Shown here in pieces: positions 9,068 to 16,861 of a stretch of DNA of 26,104 nt. How positions within the stretch are numbered: the first letter of the stretch is position 1; every line of letters begins with the position of its first letter. The translations under genes and the position numbers were made by a program. The notes below the pieces were generated by a model, which saw nothing but the letters and a program-made list of their open reading frames with translations, was not told the origin of the DNA and made no database searches. Source of the DNA: a virus (Duplodnaviria; Caudoviricetes); IMG/VR virus record IMGVR_UViG_3300044305_000543, positions 1 to 26,104 of that record. One strand, 5' to 3'.

Positions 9068-11929
9068 TCAGACCCCTTCTTTTTTGTCGAGAACCTGTAA
9101 TTGTCCATATGACAAGTCATCTGCTTCAATATCAGCGTTATCTAATAGACTCTGAAATCTAGGGTGAGTAAGATTAAATCCAATAACATAAGTCTGTGCT
9201 AACTTCACAGGAGTATCTTTACCAAGTGATGCTTTCTCTGACTTAGGAGTAGCGACCACATTCTCAGCAACAAGTTCCTGTTTGAATGTCTTATAGTCTG
9301 CACCACGCATAGATAACCACTTTCTAAAATGAGTTCTATCAATCATCATAGTGCCTTTATCAAACGCATCAGCAGCTGACTTTCTAAATACATCTAGTCT
9401 TATTCTTATATCCCCTCTTGGTATTCTAGCAAAGTCTGGTTGTGCTTTTTGTCCTGTTGTATGCATAATAGTTACTGATGTATCAGCTGAGTCAGCCATA
9501 TATTCTGCAATTAAATCAAACGCATCTACTTGGTTTTCTTGTACAGTTCTACGGATAGCTCCTATCTGTGCAAGTACCCATTCAGTAGACTTCTCATAGT
9601 CATAGTCTATTAACCCCCATTCTTTAGCTAGGCTCATAGATAAGTCAGCAAGGATAATAGCTTGTTCCCAATATCTCTCTTGTCCGCTAAAACTACATCT
9701 ATATTTTTTACTAAAATTATCAGAAGCTTCCGCAATAATAGATTGAATACCTTCTTCGCCCATCTCTACTAGCTTTTTAATAAACTCTCTACCAGCATGA
9801 CCATAATTTTGATGGATAGCTTGGTATATTTTTTTGCCTACCTCACTGTTTCTTGTAAAGACATCAGTCTGTGGGACAGTTAGTTCTAGAAGTCTAGCCA
9901 TCTGTGCGTCTGTGTCTAGGCCAGAGGCAATCAGCTTACTTTGTAGAGACTTGTTGGTGGATACTAGTACAGGTGTAGCCCATGTTTTAGCATCCCGTTC
10001 TTCTGCATTTCTATTAAGTCTTGCTTTATCACGCCCTTGTGACACCCAATAACAAAAGTCTCCTACTTCTTTATCGTTCATCATGGTTACTTCATCTATA
10101 GTAAGTGGTAAGTTAGCGTATGTACCAAGTCGAGAGAACAAAGCCATCTGTGTATACTTAGCCGTAAAGTGTAGCTTCTCAGGGCTTCCATATATAGACT
10201 GAGCCCAATACTGTGCTAGTGTTTTACCACCGCCTGTTGGCCCATATAGTGATACTGTTAATCCTTTGAGCCCTGTAAAATTATAAAGTGGTGCAGAGAA
10301 TGCCACACCTAAACAGAACATATGCGATTTAAGGTTAGCCTTGTCCATAACAGAAGTAAGATTAGTCCATTGTTCTAATGAACCTTTAGCACCATATAAA
10401 TCTGAGCCTTGCTTTTGTATAATAGAAGCTAAGTTTATCTTCTCTTCTATTACAGACCCGTCAGGTTTTCTTTTTATTAATAAATTACCTAGTAAAAAAG
10501 ATGAGTTCTTTTCTTTCCAACCCATAGTAGAATACAAATTTGTCATGGTACGAATCTGTCTTAATTCTTCCATGTAAGTTCTTAACATAAGCTGAAAATA
10601 CTCCGTTTGTTTCTTATTGTACAGCACAATACCTTGGTCTGCTATAGCACTAGGGAATTCCCTACTACCATCAGTAAGATATGCTTGCCTTAATGATAGT
10701 TCTTGCCACCCCATATGTGGTCTATCCCAATGAAATCTTACAGTTTCGTATCCTAATGACTCATCAAATCCGTAGCCTACTGGATATATATCAAACTTAC
10801 ATATGTCTACATCTGTATCATCTATAGTAATTTTAATACCATCTTTAGTTCTTTTAAATGGTTTAGGCATAGGCACAGCGTTAGCTACTTTATCAGGAGC
10901 TTGTTTTATTATAGGAGTTTCTTGATACTGAACACCTAGTCTAGCTGGTGAACCTATCTTACCTTTGTACTTACAACCTCTACAACCTGTAGGTCTATTA
11001 GATTCAAACTTTGCACAGGTAGTTGGGCCTGAAGCAGACTCTTTCCACTGAAGAAGTTTATGTTTAGTTGATTTCTCACTATACCCTGAATGCCCCTTAG
11101 ACCACTCTATAGCCGTTGTTTCGGGGTTTTGGCAGAAAGCTGCTACTCCTATAAGAGAATACCATAAAGGCTCATCTACTTTGTCTTGATGCGATATAGC
11201 CCACTCTATTTGTTTACACTTACTAGCTACTACTGACCCAACAGCAGACTGGTGTTCACTCTTAGTAGATAAATTATCTAACAACGAGTTGTCACGAGTT
11301 TGACCTTCGGATGGATGCGAATCCATAACGTAATAGTAAGATAAACTTGTTTTTAGATGTGCAACACTAGTTGGTTTAGATTCTACTAATACTTTAACTT
11401 TATTACCATTCTTAGGATTATGAGTCCCTACAGGTCTTAGCACCAATGCACTGTTGGCTGTAAGACCAGCGTCTATTTTAAATTCTTTTTGAATTGCAGC
11501 TTGCTTCATAGCTTCTGCTAATGGTTTCCACTGCTCAGGCGGTAGCTCTTCATCAAGTACCCAGTATACATGTAAGCCATTACCTGAATGCACTATCATA
11601 GGTTTAGGTAACTTCAGGTCAGACACAAACTTCCCTAATGCTTTTAAACCTTCCTTCCAAGATTCATATGGTTTATTACCACCACAATCTATATCTATAG
11701 CTACTACTTTAGTAGCTCTTACATTATCTTGTTTCCTGTTTCCTTTCTGCTTGAATGCAGATATTGCAAAATAAGTATTGTTATTAGTTTTATCTAATCG
11801 TTCACATACTTGTGCAAGTTCCTCCCTAGACCTAAAAAACCCCTGTCGTCTACCGTCTTTGTTAATTACAGTAGTAACATAAAATCCCTCGTCTGGTAAA
11901 ACTTGCTGAAAAAATTCCAACATATTCAT
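9068..11929 (-). CDS. Primase-helicase: RepB/AEP-like primase, Cys-rich domain, DUF927 and P-loop helicase
   Basis: Primase motifs VAIDID, VHSGNGLHVYW and LRPVGTHN; Cys cluster C..EPLWY..TTC..GCRGC; DUF927-like TMGW region; Walker A GPTGGGKT and Walker B LTIDE. The start is placed at MNMLEFF (11929) after AAGGT; the track's 11992 start lies inside a hairpin. Confidence 0.85.
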   Translation of the reverse strand: MNMLEFFQQVLPDEGFYVTTVINKDGRRQGFFRSREELAQVCERLDKTNNNTYFAISAFKQKGNRKQDNVRATKVVAIDIDCGGNKPYESWKEGLKALGKFVSDLKLPKPMIVHSGNGLHVYWVLDEELPPEQWKPLAEAMKQAAIQKEFKIDAGLTANSALVLRPVGTHNPKNGNKVKVLVESKPTSVAHLKTSLSYYYVMDSHPSEGQTRDNSLLDNLSTKSEHQSAVGSVVASKCKQIEWAISHQDKVDEPLWYSLIGVAAFCQNPETTAIEWSKGHSGYSEKSTKHKLLQWKESASGPTTCAKFESNRPTGCRGCKYKGKIGSPARLGVQYQETPIIKQAPDKVANAVPMPKPFKRTKDGIKITIDDTDVDICKFDIYPVGYGFDESLGYETVRFHWDRPHMGWQELSLRQAYLTDGSREFPSAIADQGIVLYNKKQTEYFQLMLRTYMEELRQIRTMTNLYSTMGWKEKNSSFLLGNLLIKRKPDGSVIEEKINLASIIQKQGSDLYGAKGSLEQWTNLTSVMDKANLKSHMFCLGVAFSAPLYNFTGLKGLTVSLYGPTGGGKTLAQYWAQSIYGSPEKLHFTAKYTQMALFSRLGTYANLPLTIDEVTMMNDKEVGDFCYWVSQGRDKARLNRNAEERDAKTWATPVLVSTNKSLQSKLIASGLDTDAQMARLLELTVPQTDVFTRNSEVGKKIYQAIHQNYGHAGREFIKKLVEMGEEGIQSIIAEASDNFSKKYRCSFSGQERYWEQAIILADLSMSLAKEWGLIDYDYEKSTEWVLAQIGAIRRTVQENQVDAFDLIAEYMADSADTSVTIMHTTGQKAQPDFARIPRGDIRIRLDVFRKSAADAFDKGTMMIDRTHFRKWLSMRGADYKTFKQELVAENVVATPKSEKASLGKDTPVKLAQTYVIGFNLTHPRFQSLLDNADIEADDLSYGQLQVLDKKEGV

Positions 11930-11950
11930 ATTTGATTTACCTTTATCATG

Positions 11951-11999
11951 GGGGTAGCTGGAAAAACTCAAAACTACAAAATGAAAAACCAACTACCCC
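11951..11999 (-). promoter_or_regulatory. Stem-loop in the primase leader
   Basis: On the minus strand GGGGUAGUUGG pairs with CCAGCUACCCC (11 bp, one G-U) around a 27-nt U-rich loop. Confidence 0.55.
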
Positions 12000-12010
12000 G
12001 TTCTGTTATA

Positions 12011-12292
12011 TTATTCTTTTTCTTTTAAAACCTCAAGAAGCCTTCTGAATCTAAGTTTCTGTTCCATAGCTATAATCTCAGGCATAGGCCACCCGCTTTC
12101 CATAGCAGATAGTAATTTCCTTAAAGTATCTCGTACTCTCTCATCATTTTTTCTACGGACAGGTTTTCCTTTTACCCATCCGTAATAAGTCATACGGGAT
12201 ACCTCTAGAATCTCAGCCATATTACCTGTAGTAAGTAACATGTGTTTCCTTAAAGCTTCTACTCTTTTAAAATCTAGAGGTAACTTTGCCAT
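12011..12292 (-). CDS. Cro/XRE-like helix-turn-helix DNA-binding protein
   Basis: LRKHMLLTTGNMAEILEVSRMTYYGW fits an HTH pattern. GGGGAG SD precedes the ATG at 12292 (MAKLPLDF). Confidence 0.8.
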   Translation of the reverse strand: MAKLPLDFKRVEALRKHMLLTTGNMAEILEVSRMTYYGWVKGKPVRRKNDERVRDTLRKLLSAMESGWPMPEIIAMEQKLRFRRLLEVLKEKE

Positions 12293-12296
12293 TAGT

Positions 12297-13028
12297 TTAC
12301 TCCCCAACAAGCTTAGCTATTTCAGCAGCTAACTCATCATTAGTTGTTGTCGAAGGTACATCTTCAGGCTCTTCAACAGGTACAGGTTTAATTTTAGGTT
12401 TAGCTTTAGGTTTTTCCTTTGCTGCAGGTGCTGCATCTATGTTTACGCTTACATCAACTTGTTCCTGTGTGTTTGGAGATTCTGTTGATTCCGCCTGGTC
12501 AGCACCAGACACAAACCCATCTTCTTCCTCAAAGTCAAAACTGTCAGCTCCGCTACCTGTTCCTTCAACATATTGAATAACTTGCACAGCTTGAAGTCTT
12601 AGAGTTACACCACATCCAATAGCTGGCGAGCTATAAAATGCAAGTAATCCTCCAACTTTAAGTTCTGAGCCACCAAATATATTGTGGTCTATCATAGGTT
12701 GTTTCTTAGAATCAAATACAGCAGGCTTAAACTTAGATTTAAATTTAAATATAATGTTTCCTGTTTCCTCCCCATCTTCATCTACTTCACTACTAAATGG
12801 TAATGGTGCTTGCTTTAAATTTGCTTTAGGTTTTTTATCTTTTTCAGATTTCATACCAGCAACAAGCAACTCTTTAATTAATTTAACTAAAGGTTGAGCC
12901 TCTTCTTGTGGTATAGAAAGGTTTACTTTGTACATAGGCACACTTGCGTAACCTTTCTCAACTGCTTGTGTATCAGGTTTACTGATATACGGATAGTGAG
13001 CAATACCCACTGGTGTTGTAATTTTCAT
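12297..13028 (-). CDS. T7 gp2.5-like single-stranded DNA-binding protein with an extended tail
   Basis: TPVGIAHYPYISKPDT, FKFKSK, IFGGSELKV and GVTLRLQAVQVIQYVEG are followed by the acidic FDFEEEDGF; these are hallmark gp2.5-family motifs. Confidence 0.85.
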   Translation of the reverse strand: MKITTPVGIAHYPYISKPDTQAVEKGYASVPMYKVNLSIPQEEAQPLVKLIKELLVAGMKSEKDKKPKANLKQAPLPFSSEVDEDGEETGNIIFKFKSKFKPAVFDSKKQPMIDHNIFGGSELKVGGLLAFYSSPAIGCGVTLRLQAVQVIQYVEGTGSGADSFDFEEEDGFVSGADQAESTESPNTQEQVDVSVNIDAAPAAKEKPKAKPKIKPVPVEEPEDVPSTTTNDELAAEIAKLVGE

Positions 13029-13696
13029 AAGTCCTCCGACTTGTTATTGATTGAATACCCTACCTCAACAGAAAAATCAAAATCATCTGCGGTAGTTTTT
13101 GGTGTAGATATCTCGCCCGTAACTAACTTCACTTCTTCAGAATCTAATATTGTGTCAACATATTTCTGGATGTTGTCATTATTAAACCCACTAAATTTAA
13201 ATTTTAGTCTTGGGTAACTAACTTCCTCATCAAAACATAATGTTGTCTTACATATCTCAGGGACAATACCTCTCATAGATAATGTTTTATGATATGTATT
13301 TAGATTTTTTAAAGATGAAGGTGTTATATGTAAAAGATGTACACCCTCTTTTGGTTTGTCAGCAAGGATAACTGCTACTCTTTTTATATCAGAGCAATCT
13401 TTAACCTTGTACCCTTGAGGTGTTATTTTAGAACCCCATGCGTTGCGTGGACATAATGCACACACATCATTCTGAGGTGACACACTGGCTTTGCTAGGTG
13501 CCTTACCATCAAGAGAAAAACAATCTGGAGTTGTAGACTCCCTATCGTCTGACCATTCACTTTCGTACCACATCTTAGACACATTCGGATTAGCTCCTAC
13601 GAATACAACATCTAAACTTGTTTCAGATAGTTTGTCGTATGTGCCGTCTTGGATGGTAGCAAAAGTAGAATTCTTTATTGAAAGTTTTTTTCTCAT
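13025..13696 (-). CDS. Conserved phage replication-module protein with four Cys (putative Zn-binding ssDNA-binding/annealing protein)
   Basis: PDCFSLDG...CALCPRNAWGS...KDCS...ITPSSLKN. It is translationally coupled on both sides. The function is inferred from context. Confidence 0.55.
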   Translation of the reverse strand: MRKKLSIKNSTFATIQDGTYDKLSETSLDVVFVGANPNVSKMWYESEWSDDRESTTPDCFSLDGKAPSKASVSPQNDVCALCPRNAWGSKITPQGYKVKDCSDIKRVAVILADKPKEGVHLLHITPSSLKNLNTYHKTLSMRGIVPEICKTTLCFDEEVSYPRLKFKFSGFNNDNIQKYVDTILDSEEVKLVTGEISTPKTTADDFDFSVEVGYSINNKSEDL

Positions 13697-14100
13697 TAAT
13701 CTTCCACTTTGTTTACTGGTTTTCTTACATTGACATCAATACGAGTACCATAGTTAATACCTGATGGTACCGATTTATCAGCCTCTATATAACCACGAAC
13801 TGCTGTCTTACTAACTCTCTTTTCTAGTAAGTCAAAAGCGTCATTATCTTTTATAAACTCAAGCACTGCGTCCCAATCTGCAACTTGTGCAAAATCAGTA
13901 GTAGTTAAAAACGCTGTACCATTGCCTGTCTTAAAAGAATCTACGCCTTGTTCATCTGCTTGTTCTTTGATATATGCCTCTAATTTAGCCATTTGCTCTT
14001 TAATACTTTTAACTTTCTCTTTAGTTTTAGATTCAAGAGTTTCTTTTTCGCCTCTCAATTTAAGGTATGTATCTATAACTTTGTTTATAGGTATGTTCAT
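13696..14100 (-). CDS. Conserved hypothetical phage protein (N-terminal coiled coil)
   Basis: 134 aa with a GAGG SD and an ATGA overlap with the helicase stop. Motif SFKTGNGTAF...VADWD...DLLEKRVSK. Confidence 0.7.
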   Translation of the reverse strand: MNIPINKVIDTYLKLRGEKETLESKTKEKVKSIKEQMAKLEAYIKEQADEQGVDSFKTGNGTAFLTTTDFAQVADWDAVLEFIKDNDAFDLLEKRVSKTAVRGYIEADKSVPSGINYGTRIDVNVRKPVNKVED

Positions 14101-15650
14101 TCTTTCCTCTCTTTTTTAATAAGGTCTAGTAATAGACCCTGTAGTTTCTGTTTACTCCTTAACCGTTCATACATTTTATACTCAAGCTCTGTTGCCTCAA
14201 TATGTATAATGTTTGATACATGTTTCTTACCAATCCTTTCTATTCTTCCATTCGCTTGAATGTATTGCTCATTGCTTGTCACAGGACCATACCATATGAT
14301 AGTACTAGCTCTTGTAAGAGTAAGTCCATGTGCCATGGTAGCTGGGTGGGCAATAAGAACATGAGGATTGTCTGCGTTTTGGAAGTCATGAAATATCTTG
14401 TTTCTTTTTGTAGCTGATACTTCTCCATTAACTACCGCAACACTCCATTGTTTAGAGAGAGCTCTCTCTAACATTCTTAATGTACCTGTTAAAGGTACAA
14501 ATACTATAACTTTACCATCAACTTGTTCTATTGTTTCTTGAACAACGTTAACTCTTGGAGAACAATCAACTTCTATGTGGTCTCCTTCATCTCCGTACAC
14601 CACACCACAACTTATTTGTACAAGTTTTTGTAGTTTAACTGCTTCGTTAACAGCAGTAATTGTTCCTTCTTCTTCTAATTCTGTAGCAAAATGTTTAAGC
14701 ATTTTGTTATAATGTTTAGTTTGGTCTGATGTAAGAGCAACCTTTCGAGTTTGAAACACAGTCTCTGGTAGGTCAAAGCACTCATCTCTTGTATATCTAA
14801 CTGATGGATATAAAACTTGTTTAACTGTATCAATAGATTGAACTCTTGGTACCCATTTCCACTGACTAATTTTAAGCATTACCGATTCTCTAAAAGCTGT
14901 ATATGTTTTAGTATTAAATGGGCTCTCAACAAGTTTAGCTAAAGCCCATGCGTCTGTAGGGTCATTGGGTGTAGGTGTACCTGTCATAAGCCAAAGTCTT
15001 GTATTGGTTTCTCTCTCCATAAACTTACGAATAATTTTAAATCTATTAGTGGACGGGTTTCGCAACACGGCTGCCTCATCTATAATGATAAGGTCAAACA
15101 TGTTTCTACATTCTTGTTCAATTATTTGGAAACCATCGTGGTTAATAATAAAAAAGTCTGCTTGTGTTTTTAATAATTGTTTTCTTCTAGCACTAGTACC
15201 ATGTAAAGTTACTGCTTGTCTATGTGGAAAACTTTTAAATATACTATCACCCCATACTCTCTCTAAAGTTGACAAAGGTGAGATAACTAAAACCTTACGA
15301 ATCTTTCCTATTTCCATGAGGTAGTCGCATGCCCATAAAGCTGATTGAGTTTTACCTGTACCTATTTCATTAAGCACTAAAGCTTTATTATGTATAGTTA
15401 AAAATGCTGATGTCATTTTCTGATGGTGGTATGGAGTAAACTCCCCACTCCAATCGTAATAATAAAGTATTGGACTAGGAGCATTCAAACCAACTTTTTT
15501 CAAAACCTGAACCGATTCTATGGTATGAGGTGTGACAACAAGTTTGTGGTTGTTGTACGTTAATTCACGGGAATCAGGAATAGTCTCTAAAATTTTATTA
15601 GGAAACTTAGGTTTTAATGCTAATGCTTTTGCTTGTTCTACTACTATCAT
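14097..15650 (-). CDS. SNF2-family (SF2) DNA helicase
   Basis: Motif I EIGTGKT, motif II IIIDEA, motif III MTGTP, motif V AHGLTLT and motif VI QANGRIERIG. Confidence 0.92.
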   Translation of the reverse strand: MIVVEQAKALALKPKFPNKILETIPDSRELTYNNHKLVVTPHTIESVQVLKKVGLNAPSPILYYYDWSGEFTPYHHQKMTSAFLTIHNKALVLNEIGTGKTQSALWACDYLMEIGKIRKVLVISPLSTLERVWGDSIFKSFPHRQAVTLHGTSARRKQLLKTQADFFIINHDGFQIIEQECRNMFDLIIIDEAAVLRNPSTNRFKIIRKFMERETNTRLWLMTGTPTPNDPTDAWALAKLVESPFNTKTYTAFRESVMLKISQWKWVPRVQSIDTVKQVLYPSVRYTRDECFDLPETVFQTRKVALTSDQTKHYNKMLKHFATELEEEGTITAVNEAVKLQKLVQISCGVVYGDEGDHIEVDCSPRVNVVQETIEQVDGKVIVFVPLTGTLRMLERALSKQWSVAVVNGEVSATKRNKIFHDFQNADNPHVLIAHPATMAHGLTLTRASTIIWYGPVTSNEQYIQANGRIERIGKKHVSNIIHIEATELEYKMYERLRSKQKLQGLLLDLIKKERKE

Positions 15651-15957
15651 CTATAATCTTCTCTATGTAAGTTTTAACTTGGTTAATAGTTTTGTCATCA
15701 TACACAACAAAACATTTACCTTTAGCCATTTCAATATCTTTCATACACTTAAGTTGTAAGGCGGTGGGTTTCTTAGTCCTGTCCGCCTTACACTCTACTC
15801 CAATAAAGCTACCGCAAACCACAATAACTCTATCAGGTATACCTGACTTACCATATATCCCTGATTGTGGCGAATAAAACCACACTCCAGAGTTTTTCAA
15901 GGACTTTAACATGGTGTCAAGTTTATTTTTAATTTTTCCCTCTGGTGTATTAGCCAT
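15607..15957 (-). CDS. VRR-NUC domain nuclease (Holliday-junction resolvase-like)
   Basis: TPEGKIK...GKSGIPD...FIGVECKA...PTALQ pattern. The likely start is MANTPEG at 15957. Confidence 0.85.
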   Translation of the reverse strand: MANTPEGKIKNKLDTMLKSLKNSGVWFYSPQSGIYGKSGIPDRVIVVCGSFIGVECKADRTKKPTALQLKCMKDIEMAKGKCFVVYDDKTINQVKTYIEKIIDDSSRTSKSISIKT

Positions 15958-15983
15958 ATTATAGATATTTACAGTGTTGTCAA
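15956..15983 (-). promoter_or_regulatory. Sigma70-like promoter elements with non-canonical geometry
   Basis: The minus strand has TTGACA (15983-15978) and TATAAT (15963-15958), spaced 14 nt. An alternative -10, TAATAT, is spaced 16 nt. Confidence 0.35.
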
Positions 15984-15986
15984 GTA

Positions 15987-16649
15987 TTAAATTCGTGCAT
16001 ATTCGCAAATATTATTGGCTGGGCAATACCTACATAAACCGCTTGGTCTTGCTGGGAAGTTATTAGATGTATAGGCTTGGTCAATCTTATCTATTTTTGA
16101 TAAAACATTAGTCCACATTATATTAGTATCAACATGATTAAAGTTCTCGGTATCTATCTTGCCCTCCTTTAACCATACGAAACTAGACTTTACATGTTTT
16201 ATAGTTGGATAGTGTTTAAATGTTTGTAGAGCAAACAGTTCTAACTGAAAAAAATCTGGTCTTCTTTTACCTGTTTTCCAATCCATTATAATAGCTGTGT
16301 CATCTTTGAGGATAAGAACATCTAAGATACTGCGTAACCATGCGTCATTGTCATACCAACCTGTTGGTGTAAGGTTTTCATTGAGGCATAGCTGTTGTTC
16401 TAAATACAAGTCAGCATTTTCTGTAAGTTTTTCAATAGTGTTACAAACTTGTTCGTGCTTAATTGATTCTTTAGGTAATGGCTCGGAGAGAGCCAAGCGA
16501 TTTTCTAGTTGCTTGTGTACTCTCTCTCCATATATAGTAGCCTCGCTCCCCATATCTTTTACATCTTTGTTAATTCTCTGATGTAGATACCTTTTAGGGC
16601 ATTGTTCAAACATCTTAATAGATGAGTAGCTATGTGTAAGTTTTTCCAT
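15987..16649 (-). CDS. PD-(D/E)XK exonuclease, Cas4/RecB-like with a Cys staple
   Basis: HSYSSIKMFEQCP...G..VH..LE, E..L, ILDV, DWKTGK, QLELFA and a C-terminal CRYCPANNIC. Confidence 0.88.
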   Translation of the reverse strand: MEKLTHSYSSIKMFEQCPKRYLHQRINKDVKDMGSEATIYGERVHKQLENRLALSEPLPKESIKHEQVCNTIEKLTENADLYLEQQLCLNENLTPTGWYDNDAWLRSILDVLILKDDTAIIMDWKTGKRRPDFFQLELFALQTFKHYPTIKHVKSSFVWLKEGKIDTENFNHVDTNIMWTNVLSKIDKIDQAYTSNNFPARPSGLCRYCPANNICEYARI

Positions 16650-16861
16650 TACTTTGGTTGTTGATTCATTCTATTAATTATATCATGTTTTAATAAGTCA
16701 ATCCTACCTAGCTCACTCATAGTGTCATCTATCTGTGTTGAATGCCTAATATATGAATTCCCTACTCTTAGCAAAACAAAAACATGTGTTACCTCATCAT
16801 TATCTTCTGCTACTTTTTTTGTTTCATCTAATATTTTTATTACATTTTCTTTTGTTGTCAT
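16649..16861 (-). CDS. Hypothetical protein (~70 aa)
   Basis: GGAG SD and an ATGA overlap with the polymerase stop; its own stop overlaps the next start by one base. Confidence 0.7.
   Translation of the reverse strand: MTTKENVIKILDETKKVAEDNDEVTHVFVLLRVGNSYIRHSTQIDDTMSELGRIDLLKHDIINRMNQQPK

Noticed and set aside
11930-11992. N-terminal extension of the primase ORF (MVFHFVVLSF...)
   Set aside because: The TTG start lies inside the leader hairpin with no SD; the ATG at 11929 has an SD-like AAGGT.
15561-15570. 10-nt match (TAATTCACGG) between array insert 3 and the helicase gene
   Set aside because: A 10-nt match is expected by chance in 26 kb, so it is not evidence of self-targeting.
16232-16249. 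QLELF in the PD-(D/E)XK nuclease as a clamp-binding motif
   Set aside because: It occupies the position of the structural QxxxY helix motif of RecB-family nucleases, inside the folded domain.
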